Positions 1-8,866 of a stretch of 64,000 nt of DNA are shown here, piece by piece. The DNA comes from a bacterium (lineage in GTDB: Bacteria > Patescibacteriota > Minisyncoccia > Phycocordibacterales > UBA6899), in NCBI GenBank assembly GCA_021851895.1, contig JAJZQJ010000005.1:14572-78571 (forward strand). Reading direction: 5' to 3'. The position numbers and the translations under genes are program-made. The stretch's first letter is position 1. The number at the start of each line of letters is the position of its first letter. The notes under the pieces were generated by a model. That model did no database searches and was not told where the DNA came from. It saw only the letters and a list, made by a program, of their open reading frames with translations.

Positions 1-180
1 CTCGTGCGCGCTCGATTGCCGCACGCGGTAGTCTATGGTGCATTACGCATAGAGATTCACTATGAAGAATCAGTGTACAAAACGCCGGAATGCTCCGTCG
101 AGCGCATGCGCAAGATCATCGATGACATCGCAAACATCGAGATGAAACCGGATGATGAGAAGCCCTTTTCGATCGAATAG
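1..180 (+). CDS. 3' end of an upstream CDS of unknown function. The protein ends ...MKPDDEKPFSIE, the gene is cut by the window edge, and the stop codon is at 178-180.
   Basis: Open frame runs from the window edge to TAG at 178-180 and is followed immediately by a hairpin terminator. Confidence 0.3.
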   Translation, partial: LVRARLPHAVVYGALRIEIHYEESVYKTPECSVERMRKIIDDIANIEMKPDDEKPFSIE

Positions 181-181
181 C

Positions 182-206
182 AAAGCCCGCTTGCGGGCTT
201 TTCTTC
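182..206 (+). terminator. Rho-independent terminator
   Basis: Hairpin aagcccgc-ttgc-gggctt followed by a T-rich tract. Confidence 0.55.
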
Positions 207-241
207 ATCCCACAAAGTGTGTTTGTGTTATACTACGAAAC

Positions 242-988
242 ATGGAAATATCCCCTCGAGACGCCCACTGGCTGCTGACAGAAAAATACTTCGGAATAAA
301 GACACCAGACTACTTTCATGACCTCGAGAGGCTTACGCGAGGCGAACCCATCGCATACGTTATCGGATGGATCCCCTTCCTTCGTGCACGTATAAAACTT
401 GACCACCGTCCGCTTATACCGAGACCGGAAACAGAATACTGGAGTGAAGTTGCATTCAAACTACTCACCCAGAAACATGGACATATCGCAAATCTATCGT
501 TTGCCGACTGCTATGCGGGAAGCGGCTGCATCGGCGTAGCAGCACTGCTCTATTTCCCTAAAGCGCGCTGCACATTCATTGATATCGGATCCGATGAATG
601 CGCACAAATCGAGGAAAACATCAAAATAAATATCACCCACGCTGAGCGTGCGACAGTACTCCTTGGTGACTCGTGCTCCATGCTCGCAGGCCCCTATGAT
701 GCGATTTTCGCAAATCCTCCATACATCGCTGAAAATGACACTACCGTTGAGAAGAGCGTGCGAGACTGGGAACCACAACGTGCACTCTTTGCATCACAAG
801 ATGGACTCGAAGAAATACGGAAGCTCCTTGGCTGTGCGAAAGACCACCTCCGACCAGGTGGTAGCCTCTTCTGTGAATTCGGGCTTGGTCAAGAAACTCA
901 CATTCGAGAACTCCCCGAAGCTGCACAATGGAACATTGAATTCCTTCCCGATCAATATGGCGTCATTCGCTGGTTCCACGCAAACTAA
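242..988 (+). CDS. prmC: Release-factor glutamine N5-methyltransferase (PrmC/HemK)
   Basis: Contains the N5-glutamine methyltransferase motif IFANPPYI and a SAM-binding fold. The start is placed at MEISPRD (242) because the 152-241 extension crosses the upstream terminator. Confidence 0.8.
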   Translation: MEISPRDAHWLLTEKYFGIKTPDYFHDLERLTRGEPIAYVIGWIPFLRARIKLDHRPLIPRPETEYWSEVAFKLLTQKHGHIANLSFADCYAGSGCIGVAALLYFPKARCTFIDIGSDECAQIEENIKINITHAERATVLLGDSCSMLAGPYDAIFANPPYIAENDTTVEKSVRDWEPQRALFASQDGLEEIRKLLGCAKDHLRPGGSLFCEFGLGQETHIRELPEAAQWNIEFLPDQYGVIRWFHAN

Positions 989-999
989 ACATCTCCCAT

Positions 1000-2295
1000 A
1001 TGAACAATAAAGTGATCACCGCAACAAGCACTGGAATCGCGCACAACGGCGCGGCGCGCTGTGATATCGGCGGAATTCCGCTCTATGTGCACGGCATGCT
1101 CCCTAATGAGACTGCGGTTATTGATATGACCCGAAAACACGGGGTCATGATCGGCGAGATCAAAGAGTTCATCGAGATATCGCCACATCGTAAAGCACCG
1201 GAAGAATTGCATTATCTCTCTTGTAGCCCCTGGCAGGTCGTGCAATATCCGACCCAAGCGGCATTGAAACAAGAGATATTGAATGACCTCTATGCTTATT
1301 ATGACGATGCACCTAAGGTCGCTTTTACACCAGCTGAACAATATTACGGATATCGTACAAAGGCGGAATTCTCCTTCACCGACAGAGACGGAATCGGCGG
1401 AGACACACCACTCGCGCTCGCATACCACATACGTAATGCAGGCAAGTCACGAGTACCCCTCCCCGAAGGTTGTGCACTGCTCTCTGACAACATGAACAGA
1501 ATAGCGCTCGCGATCTGCGGTAAATTACGCGACCTCAAGCTCACTGCATATGAACTTAAAGCGCTAACAGTAAGAGAAAGCAAGACAACGAATTCCTGTA
1601 TTGCCATCCTCTATGTGAAAGAAAAAGATATACCAAGATTCTCAATAGATGATATTCCTGGTCTCGATGGTATAGAGATATGGTATTCGACGCATCGTTC
1701 ACCCGCAGCCGTAAAGACTGAACTGCTCTTCGAAAGTGGATCGCATACGCTGACTGAGGTCATCGACGATGTTGCATTACACTACCCTTCAGATGGGTTC
1801 TTTCAGAACAACATCCCTGTGTTCAAAAAGGCTGCGCAACGTATGCTTGAGTTCTTACCCGAAGGGACCGACTTGCTCGAACTCTATTCTGGAGTCGGAA
1901 CCATAGGGCTCCTACTTGCAAAAAAAGCAAAGAAAGTTCATGGCGTAGAGATCAACGCATCTTCAGTCGCGCTTGCAGAAGAAAATGCTCAAGTGAATAA
2001 TATTACGAACTACACAGCGGAGTGCTTACCTGCAGAGAAGATAAACACCGAGCTCATCGCCGCTCACGAGACACTCCTCCTTGACCCCCCGCGCGCGGGA
2101 CTCCACCCTAAACTCATCAAGCACATAAAGGAGGCTGGCCCAGACACCATCATTTACCTCTCTTGCAATCCAGAAACGCAAGCACGCGATGTAGCAGACC
2201 TTAAGGAGTCTTATAAAATTACTCATATTGAAGGATTCGACTTCTACCCGCAAACACCACACTGTGAATCTCTGGTCGTCTTGAAAAAGCGATGA
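1000..2295 (+). CDS. RNA (uracil-5)-methyltransferase, TrmA/RlmD family
   Basis: 431 aa with SAM-binding ELYSGVGTIGL, the LLDPPRAGL motif and a C-terminal catalytic Cys region typical of m5U methyltransferases. No Fe-S Cys cluster seen. Confidence 0.7.
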   Translation: MNNKVITATSTGIAHNGAARCDIGGIPLYVHGMLPNETAVIDMTRKHGVMIGEIKEFIEISPHRKAPEELHYLSCSPWQVVQYPTQAALKQEILNDLYAYYDDAPKVAFTPAEQYYGYRTKAEFSFTDRDGIGGDTPLALAYHIRNAGKSRVPLPEGCALLSDNMNRIALAICGKLRDLKLTAYELKALTVRESKTTNSCIAILYVKEKDIPRFSIDDIPGLDGIEIWYSTHRSPAAVKTELLFESGSHTLTEVIDDVALHYPSDGFFQNNIPVFKKAAQRMLEFLPEGTDLLELYSGVGTIGLLLAKKAKKVHGVEINASSVALAEENAQVNNITNYTAECLPAEKINTELIAAHETLLLDPPRAGLHPKLIKHIKEAGPDTIIYLSCNPETQARDVADLKESYKITHIEGFDFYPQTPHCESLVVLKKR

Positions 2296-2319
2296 TCCTG
2301 TGCTAATCTACATTCAATT

Positions 2320-2400
2320 ATGGCAAACAAGAAAGAAAAGCAGGCACAGCGCCAAAAGGCAAAGCGTGCAGGCAAGACCCCAAATACACGTATGCGTTAA
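2320..2400 (+). CDS. Tiny, highly basic 26-aa ORF (MANKKEKQAQRQKAKRAGKTPNTRMR)
   Basis: ATG at 2320 to TAA at 2398, below the ORF-track threshold. It fills the gap between the methyltransferase and gmk and is followed directly by its own terminator. Confidence 0.3.
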   Translation: MANKKEKQAQRQKAKRAGKTPNTRMR

Positions 2401-2403
2401 AAT

Positions 2404-2430
2404 AAAACTCCCCTAAGGGAGTTTTATTTT
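2404..2430 (+). terminator. Rho-independent terminator
   Basis: aaaactccc-ctaa-gggagtttt followed by atttt. Confidence 0.6.
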
Positions 2431-2506
2431 AAGAAGCATTCGCTTGCATGTTTCAAGAATTGCTTTAATATCACGTTCAGAAAGCACTTCAACGAAAGGA
2501 GCCATC

Positions 2507-3088
2507 GTGGAAAAGGCCGGAAAACAACTTTACCCCCTTTTCGTCGTTTCGGGCCCGGCAGCTGCGGGAAAATCAAAATTGGTCATCGAGCATGTCCTCG
2601 CTGATTTCCCCCAGATCTCTCGCGTCGTCACCTGTACGACCCGGAAGCGCAGGATTGAAGAAAAGGATGGTATCGACTATCACTTCCTCTCGGATAAGCA
2701 ATTCAATAAGGCTCTCAAGGAGAACGAATTCATCGAGCATGCCGATGTGCATGGCAAACTCTACGGAGTTCGCGCTCAGGATATTCGCGAAGCGCATGCG
2801 AAGGGACCAGCGATCGTCATCATCGACCCTCAAGGCGTCGAAAAGCTCGTGGAGCTCTTCCGCGATGCGTACTGTATCTTCATCATGGCCCCAGACGATG
2901 ACCTGCGCATGCGCCTGACCGCACGGAGTACCAGCGATACCGACTTCGCGCGGCGCATGGAGGATGCTGAACATGAGCTTCGCCAGGCCAATCGTTGGTA
3001 TTACGGCTGCATCATCAACAATGCCAATGGCCACCTCGAACGATCACTCCGACAGCTCTATTTCTTCATCAAAGAGAACCTCGACTAG
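2507..3088 (+). CDS. gmk: Guanylate kinase
   Basis: P-loop SGPAAAGKS and GMP-binding TTRKRR...YHFLSDKQF. A GTG start at 2507 is preferred because of the aaaggag RBS 7 nt upstream; the ORF track begins at ATG 2444. Confidence 0.7.
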   Translation: MEKAGKQLYPLFVVSGPAAAGKSKLVIEHVLADFPQISRVVTCTTRKRRIEEKDGIDYHFLSDKQFNKALKENEFIEHADVHGKLYGVRAQDIREAHAKGPAIVIIDPQGVEKLVELFRDAYCIFIMAPDDDLRMRLTARSTSDTDFARRMEDAEHELRQANRWYYGCIINNANGHLERSLRQLYFFIKENLD

Positions 3089-3174
3089 ACGAACAAGCGC
3101 CCATGAGGCGCTTTTTGTTGCATGGAATGTAATACGCGCTACTATTAGGTATAGATGTACAGAAAGGAGGCCCC

Positions 3175-3735
3175 ATGCGTCACCCGCTATTCGTGGTCGC
3201 AGGACCACCTGCGTGCGGTAAGATCGAACTCGTCACACGTATCCTGGAGATCTTCCCTGAAATGAAACGGATAACGACGCACACAACGCGAAAACCGCGT
3301 AAAGGCGAAACGCCTGACCGTGCGTACACCTTCATTTCCGACGAAGAATTCACCTGCTCCAAGCAGAAGGGTCTCATCGCGGAGTACTCGCTGACACATG
3401 GACACTACCATGGAACGTTCAAAGAACAGCTCTATGGCGCACTGGAACATGGTCCATCTATCATCATCAGAGACCCCGAGGGTGCAGATAAGCTCTTTGC
3501 GCTGATTCCCGATGCGACATTCATCTTCATACTTGCTCCAGAAAACGAAATCTCGGAGCGCCTTCGTGGACGCTGTCACACCAAGGAAGAGCTGAATGCA
3601 CGCATGCAGGATGTCCGCAACGAAGCACTTTGCGCGATGCACGCGCAATACGGCTGTATCCTCAACAATGCCGAGCATCGCAAAGACAAAGCATTGCGTA
3701 CATTAGTAAGGTTCATTATGGAAATTTTAGGTTGA
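3175..3735 (+). CDS. Guanylate-kinase-like paralog with a degenerate Walker A motif
   Basis: Has TTHTTRKPRKGE...YTFISDEEF (GMP site) but the P-loop reads AGPPACGKI, with Ile where Ser/Thr is expected. Strong RBS aaaggagg. Confidence 0.6.
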   Translation: MRHPLFVVAGPPACGKIELVTRILEIFPEMKRITTHTTRKPRKGETPDRAYTFISDEEFTCSKQKGLIAEYSLTHGHYHGTFKEQLYGALEHGPSIIIRDPEGADKLFALIPDATFIFILAPENEISERLRGRCHTKEELNARMQDVRNEALCAMHAQYGCILNNAEHRKDKALRTLVRFIMEILG

Positions 3736-3778
3736 AAAAACCGCACACTGTGGCGGTTTTTCTCAACCTTAAAGAGTA

Positions 3779-3806
3779 TTGACAAAATAAATATTTATGA
3801 TATAAT
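3779..3806 (+). promoter_or_regulatory. Sigma70-like promoter TTGACA-16-TATAAT
   Basis: ttgaca at 3779-3784 and tataat at 3801-3806, upstream of the 3860 gene, which has a ggagg RBS. Confidence 0.5.
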
Positions 3807-3859
3807 ATAACCCTCAAAGATCAGTTCTTTCCTTTTCCTACATCGTCCTGGAGGACATC

Positions 3860-4168
3860 ATGCGCAAGCTCTTCATCGTCTTTGGTTTCATCATGCTCAT
3901 CGGCGTCATCTTCGTCGGGCACACCTCCGAGGGTCGTCTCGCGCTCTGTCCCGCCCCTGTCCAGCAGCTGGTCAAGAGTGAAGCCAAGCGCGCAAATGCG
4001 ACCATCGCGAACATCGAGTTCGTCAAAGAAGAGATTTCCATCACCGGCCACATCGTTCGCAAGTACTGGAACGTCACCTACCGCGTCGGAAATCGCGAGG
4101 TCACAAAGCGCGTCTGCCAGCCCATCGAGGATGGCAAGCTCTGCACGGCCTCCACGTACAACATCTAG
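3860..4168 (+). CDS. Small membrane-anchored hypothetical protein (102 aa)
   Basis: N-terminal hydrophobic helix, own promoter, RBS and terminator. Confidence 0.5.
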   Translation: MRKLFIVFGFIMLIGVIFVGHTSEGRLALCPAPVQQLVKSEAKRANATIANIEFVKEEISITGHIVRKYWNVTYRVGNREVTKRVCQPIEDGKLCTASTYNI

Positions 4169-4187
4169 CGCTCGTACTGAGCGCCCC

Positions 4188-4220
4188 AACCGCACCCACA
4201 AGGTGCGGTTAAGTTTTTTA
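4188..4220 (+). terminator. Rho-independent terminator
   Basis: aaccgcacc-caca-aggtgcggtt followed by aagtttttt. Confidence 0.6.
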
Positions 4221-4261
4221 TCTTTCGCATTTTTACGAATTTTACACAACAAAAAACCGCA

Positions 4262-4520
4262 GAATTTGGGATACAGGTTGCCATGCTGGAGGCATGCGCC
4301 GTCAGCTCACATCAATATTTTCATTCGCAAAGCTCTGAAAATATTGTGTGGCTCCTGGCCGGGCTCGTCGGTCCTCGCATGAGTACTGCTGCGGGCCTGA
4401 CTCCGCCTTGCTCAGCGGAAAATGTTACACATTTTCTTTATCGCTTCGCACTCAAACAAGGCGTACTTGAAGTACGTTGAGTGAGTCGCATGTCGAAGCA
4501 TGGCAAGATGTGCCAAAATA
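4262..4520. repeat. Structured intergenic repeat family, copy 1 (long variant, ~260 nt)
   Basis: Terminal inverted arms caggttgccatgct (4275-4288) and agcatggcaagatg (4498-4511), with outer atttgg/ccaaaat. Shares the conserved 3' core cgtac-loop-gtacg + gagtcgcatg + gaagcatgg with copies at 26.0, 26.3, 58.2 and 59.0 kb. Several internal perfect hairpins. Confidence 0.5.
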
Positions 4521-4529
4521 TGAGGTTTA

Positions 4530-4754
4530 TTAGATATCGCGCACTTCGTGATCCGGATGCTTCTTCATCATCAACATCGCCGCAAGATACAACAACACCC
4601 CCGGAATGATGCCACTAAAGATCGCAAGCACGATATACCCCACGCGAAGGATGCCAGGATTCACTTCGAGCCAATCACCGAGGCCGGCAAAGACACCACC
4701 AGCAACATGTCGTTCGCCTTTCGTATGCCTATATAGCTTTCTCATAACATACAT
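4530..4754 (-). CDS. PspC-domain protein (74 aa)
   Basis: ...RHVAGGVFAGLGDWLEVNPGILRVGYIVLAI... matches the PspC domain pattern and is followed by a TM helix. Confidence 0.55.
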   Translation of the reverse strand: MYVMRKLYRHTKGERHVAGGVFAGLGDWLEVNPGILRVGYIVLAIFSGIIPGVLLYLAAMLMMKKHPDHEVRDI

Positions 4755-4790
4755 TATAGCACAAAACGGGCATGTGCCCGTTTCTGTACG

Positions 4791-5417
4791 TTACTTCACC
4801 TCAACACCAGTAATCGTGACCGGAACGATCGGTCGATCGCCAGGTGCGGTCTGTACGTTATTGATCGCTATCGCAACATCCATACCTGCGACAACACGAC
4901 CGAATACGGTGTGCTTACCATCGAGCCATGGTGTCGATTCTGCCGTGACAATAAAGAACTGGCTACCGTTCGTATTCGGCCCTGCATTTGCCATTGCGAT
5001 CACACCTTTTACGAGCTTATTACCATTGATCTCATCATCAAACTTATAACCGGGACCGCCAGTACCCCACAAAGCACTCTTCGTATCATCCTTCGAAAGT
5101 GGATCTCCACCCTGAATCATGAAATCTTTGATCACGCGATGGAAACGCGTCCCCGTATAGAAACCCTCCTTCGCGAGCTTTACGAAGTTCTCAACGGTCT
5201 TTGGTGCGTCCTTACCAAAAAGCTCGAGCGTGATGTCCCCCATCGATGTCTTTAGGGTCACCGTATTTGTCACTTCTCTTGTAGCTTCAGTTGTTGGCAT
5301 AGTGTTATTTGTTATAGGTTTCGCCGCTTTTGGAGGCTCACCCATGAAGAATAATATGAGAGAAATCACGACGACGATCGCGCCCCCTCCGACGATCCAC
5401 AATGTTTGCTTATCCAT
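4791..5417 (-). CDS. Peptidyl-prolyl cis-trans isomerase, cyclophilin type, with N-terminal membrane anchor
   Basis: Cyclophilin signature [22 protein letters not shown] with an N-terminal TM segment. Confidence 0.8.
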   Translation of the reverse strand: MDKQTLWIVGGGAIVVVISLILFFMGEPPKAAKPITNNTMPTTEATREVTNTVTLKTSMGDITLELFGKDAPKTVENFVKLAKEGFYTGTRFHRVIKDFMIQGGDPLSKDDTKSALWGTGGPGYKFDDEINGNKLVKGVIAMANAGPNTNGSQFFIVTAESTPWLDGKHTVFGRVVAGMDVAIAINNVQTAPGDRPIVPVTITGVEVK

Positions 5418-5430
5418 ATGAATTCAATTG

Positions 5431-6207
5431 TTACTTTTTCTTCGCGAGAAACTTTTTGGCATGAGTCCAAACCTCTTTATCAAGAATGCTACTTGCACTA
5501 AAGTGTCCACCCTCTTCAAGGTATACAGGCTTTAGCTTTGCGCGTTTCGCGAATACCCGCAAAGGAGCGAGTGGTATTACTTTATCATCGCGAGCATGAA
5601 GTATCAACAACTTCGAGGAATCCATGCGTTCTGCACCAAGAAGGGGCTGATAGAACATACCACTCTTCAATTTCTCATAGGCATTTTTTACTGGACGGTA
5701 CGCACTCCCAAACCCTTCAACAAGCATATGGACGAAGTAACCAAAGGGCTCTGACTTTGATTCGACAGTCCAATCAATGACTGGAGCGAGCGCGATAGCC
5801 TTATCGATCTCGGGATATGTCGATGCGATCACCGCAGCAGCACCACCAAACGATGCGCCGATCACTATACACTCGCGCACATCGAGTACGTAGCGCATCC
5901 CATCATAGACATTCACAAAACCCTCACGGACACCCGTTGCCACAAGTCGAACGTCCTCAGCGGGCGAATATTTCAGAAATTGCCCTCTCGACTCCCAGCT
6001 TCCTCTATAGCGCATATGAAATACCCAATACCCCTTCTTTGCGAGTGCCTCTGCAGTACGCTTCTTGCTTGGCACTGAGGGGCATCCATCACAAAGAATA
6101 ATGACCTTTCCCGATGGCTTTGCAGGCCCCCAGAATTCAGTGAGCACGTCGCCAAACCACGATCTCCCCGAAAGCAGTCGCTGCTCAGTCTTTATACTTT
6201 TTTGCAT
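5431..6207 (-). CDS. Alpha/beta-hydrolase-fold protein (dienelactone hydrolase / S9-like)
   Basis: Nucleophile elbow GASFGG. Start moved to MQKSIK (6207) because the longer ORF would run through the terminator of the upstream gene. Confidence 0.55.
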   Translation of the reverse strand: MQKSIKTEQRLLSGRSWFGDVLTEFWGPAKPSGKVIILCDGCPSVPSKKRTAEALAKKGYWVFHMRYRGSWESRGQFLKYSPAEDVRLVATGVREGFVNVYDGMRYVLDVRECIVIGASFGGAAAVIASTYPEIDKAIALAPVIDWTVESKSEPFGYFVHMLVEGFGSAYRPVKNAYEKLKSGMFYQPLLGAERMDSSKLLILHARDDKVIPLAPLRVFAKRAKLKPVYLEEGGHFSASSILDKEVWTHAKKFLAKKK

Positions 6208-6240
6208 TCTCGCAGTATAGCAAAAAGCGATGAAAACAAA

Positions 6241-6262
6241 AACAGGCATATGCCTGTTTAGT
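6241..6262 (-). terminator. Rho-independent terminator of the DsbB-like gene
   Basis: aaacaggcatatgcctgttt hairpin overlapping the stop codon, followed by a U-run on the minus-strand transcript. Confidence 0.5.
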
Positions 6263-6821
6263 TCTTGATAGTACCATTTCGCTTCAAGACTGCGATACAG
6301 CCGACGATGATGAGCAAAAACGCATTCAGCGAAAGCATCGCGATGGTGACATAGCCGAACTCCAATGTATAGATACGATCACACGATGGCAACCCTGCCA
6401 CATATGGACACCCAAGCTTCACGAAATTGGGAGCATAGAGCGCCGCCATATCTTTGATCCACTGATAGAGCGCGACACCGCCACCAAGACTCGCAAATGA
6501 CAGTGACGTCCAAATAAGCGCCTTACTCTTCTTCCATACTGCGAAACCGAGCATAGGGACAAGTGGGTACATGAAACCGCGCTGGATCCAACAAAGTATA
6601 CATGCGGGGTAACCGACGACCTCAGAGTAGGTCAGACTCCCGACCATAGAAATGGTCGCGAGCCCGAATGCGAACAAGAGCGCATTGTCGATGAGAAACA
6701 CTCTTGCCCGAGGGAACGGATCCTTATGCATCACCCAAAAGACCATCGTCAAAACGAGGAAGATATTTCCGAGAAGTGTCGCCACCGCAAATGCGATGGT
6801 CATAAGTCCACCGAGATCCAT
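6258..6821 (-). CDS. DsbB-family disulfide oxidoreductase (membrane protein)
   Basis: Polytopic membrane protein with PACILCWIQRG (compare E. coli DsbB PCVLCIYER) and a second Cys pair CPYVAGLPSC. Lies immediately upstream of a thioredoxin-fold partner. Confidence 0.6.
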   Translation of the reverse strand: MDLGGLMTIAFAVATLLGNIFLVLTMVFWVMHKDPFPRARVFLIDNALLFAFGLATISMVGSLTYSEVVGYPACILCWIQRGFMYPLVPMLGFAVWKKSKALIWTSLSFASLGGGVALYQWIKDMAALYAPNFVKLGCPYVAGLPSCDRIYTLEFGYVTIAMLSLNAFLLIIVGCIAVLKRNGTIKN

Positions 6822-6823
6822 GG

Positions 6824-7243
6824 TTATTTCGTACTCGTCGCCATGTAACCGGCACGCTTTGCTATTTCGTCCCTGGTCATCTCACCCTCCTGGCGAGAAC
6901 CATCCTTGAATACGAATGTTGGGAACGATTCGATCTTCGCATCCTTACATACCTGAGTCTCATCTCTACCATCCGGCGTAGAACATTCGACATAAATAGG
7001 CTTCCAAACTGCCTCGCCAAGCTCTTTCTTTACACGCTGACAATGTGGACACCAAAATGCTCCATAGAAGGTGACTCCGTTATCCTTTAGGAACTGACCA
7101 AATGCCACATCCTGCGCGCTTGCGACGACCCCCTGTTCTGTCGGAGCAATTGCTTTTTTCGAAAGTGAGAAAAAGATGCCCGTAGCAGCAAGCAATCCGA
7201 CGACAATTCCGATGACCCATTTTTGTTCTTTCATATTGCTCAT
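6824..7243 (-). CDS. Thioredoxin-fold protein (DsbA/Bdb-like) with N-terminal TM anchor
   Basis: WCPHCQ active site. Separated by 2 nt from the DsbB-like gene. Confidence 0.65.
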   Translation of the reverse strand: MSNMKEQKWVIGIVVGLLAATGIFFSLSKKAIAPTEQGVVASAQDVAFGQFLKDNGVTFYGAFWCPHCQRVKKELGEAVWKPIYVECSTPDGRDETQVCKDAKIESFPTFVFKDGSRQEGEMTRDEIAKRAGYMATSTK

Positions 7244-7336
7244 TACGTATTATATGTATAGGTCATAGCATAGCACAAAACGCCCTAAAGTCTAAAAGCC
7301 TCAAAACAAGGGAATGAGGGCAAACTGTGTTATAAT

Positions 7337-7723
7337 GTGCTACATATGGAGTCTCCTAAGATACTCATTCTCGAAGACGAAGGGCCAGTGAGGGAGCTGC
7401 TGGTGAGCAAATTCTCCGCTGCGGGATTTCAAACACTCGACGCAGCAACAGGCGAACAAGCTATCGAAATAGCCCTCAAAGAAAGACCTGATGTCATCAT
7501 AACCGATATAGTCATGTATCCGATGGATGGAACGACCTTCCTCGAAAAGATCCGCGAAAGCGGCGTATGGGGAGCACACATCCCCTGCTATGTCTTTTCG
7601 AACCAGAATGACCCAGAGATCATCCGTCGCTTGAAAACGATAGGAATCCAGCGCTATATCAGCAAGTCCGAGACCCCGATGGATAAAGTCGCTGCGATGA
7701 TCAAGGAAGATCTCGCAAAATAA
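7337..7723 (+). CDS. Stand-alone response-regulator receiver (REC) domain protein
   Basis: ILILEDE...DVIITDIVMYPMDG...K: CheY-like acidic pocket and a conserved Lys. Confidence 0.7.
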   Translation: MLHMESPKILILEDEGPVRELLVSKFSAAGFQTLDAATGEQAIEIALKERPDVIITDIVMYPMDGTTFLEKIRESGVWGAHIPCYVFSNQNDPEIIRRLKTIGIQRYISKSETPMDKVAAMIKEDLAK

Positions 7724-7735
7724 CCGTTACTCTAT

Positions 7736-8119
7736 ATGGAAACACGAAAACAAAAAATACTCGTTGTCGAGGATGATCACGCGCTAAGACAGGTGCTCAC
7801 CGACCGACTCACTGAAGAGGGTTTCGAGGTGCTCGCCGCAGAAGATGGCGAAAAAGGCCTTAGCCTCGCGCAACTCCATCACCCGGCACTCATACTACTT
7901 GATATTTTTATGCCTCGCATGGATGGCATCACAATGCTCGGCAAGCTACGACAGTCCGACGAATGGGGGCAAAAAGTTTTCGTCATGGCGGTTACGAATT
8001 CCGCTGACGCAACGACCATTGCAACCATCGCGGGCTTTGGGTCAACGGAGTTCCTCATTAAGAGCGACTGGGGACTTGAAGACATCATTGCACGCATAAA
8101 AACACACCTTCGGCGTTAA
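7736..8119 (+). CDS. Second stand-alone REC domain protein
   Basis: ILVVEDD...ILLDIFMPRMDG. Tandem paralog of the preceding gene. Confidence 0.7.
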   Translation: METRKQKILVVEDDHALRQVLTDRLTEEGFEVLAAEDGEKGLSLAQLHHPALILLDIFMPRMDGITMLGKLRQSDEWGQKVFVMAVTNSADATTIATIAGFGSTEFLIKSDWGLEDIIARIKTHLRR

Positions 8120-8155
8120 TACATCTTCGGAGAAGGATCAGAATCAATAGAGCTC

Positions 8156-8839
8156 ATGTTTTCGATCGTAAAAAAACATCACAGAAAGGCAATTCTATCG
8201 GTACCAATACTTTTTCTCTTGATCTCACAAGGAGAGGTTCCTCCAGGAAACAGCCTATATCTTAAACCCGTCACCTACTTCCCTGAAGTCGGTACGCCTT
8301 TTTCTGTTGAGCTCAATTTTCGAAGTATCGCACCTGTAAATGCAACAGATGGGACGATACATTTTCCACCGCAATATCTCAGCGTCGATCGCATTGATAC
8401 AGAAAAATCTGCAATAGATCTATGGGGCGCTACACCTGAATGGAGTAATGGAAGCGGCGCAATCACGTGGAGTGGTGGGATCATTCACCCTCAACTTACT
8501 AGTGGCCACCAAGACGGAAATGTGCTTCGCGCAGTGTTCGTTGCAAAACAGGCCGTACCAATGACGCTTTCTGTTGGTGAGGCGACACTTCTTGCCAATG
8601 ATGGCAAGGGTGACAATATAATCGGTAGTATTGGTAACGTAAAGATATTCCCTCGCCCCAAGGGCTTCCCCACCCCCGACATCGATGCAGATCGTAATAT
8701 CTCTGCACGCGATGTAGCACAGGTCGTCATGGCCATAGGCAAGAAATACGACCCTCGCTTCGATCTCAATGGTGATCACATCGTAAATTTCGGCGACGTG
8801 TCATTTATGCTCGATTATTATGATGCGCTGCGATCATAA
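8156..8839 (+). CDS. Secreted protein with a C-terminal dockerin-like module
   Basis: Signal-like N-terminus and a C-terminal pair of Ca-binding dockerin repeats, DIDADRNISARDVAQVV and DLNGDHIVNFGDVSFMLDY. Confidence 0.5.
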   Translation: MFSIVKKHHRKAILSVPILFLLISQGEVPPGNSLYLKPVTYFPEVGTPFSVELNFRSIAPVNATDGTIHFPPQYLSVDRIDTEKSAIDLWGATPEWSNGSGAITWSGGIIHPQLTSGHQDGNVLRAVFVAKQAVPMTLSVGEATLLANDGKGDNIIGSIGNVKIFPRPKGFPTPDIDADRNISARDVAQVVMAIGKKYDPRFDLNGDHIVNFGDVSFMLDYYDALRS

Positions 8840-8866
8840 GCAGCAAGAATAACAAAGATAAACAAT

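Noticed and set aside
152-241. N-terminal 30-codon extension of prmC in the ORF track
   Set aside because: It runs straight through a Rho-independent terminator hairpin (182-206), and the downstream ATG at 242 gives a normal PrmC N-terminus.
3821-4252. 143-aa minus-strand ORF
   Set aside because: Fully antisense to the promoter-equipped plus-strand 102-aa gene and its terminator. Asp/Leu-rich reverse-frame composition.
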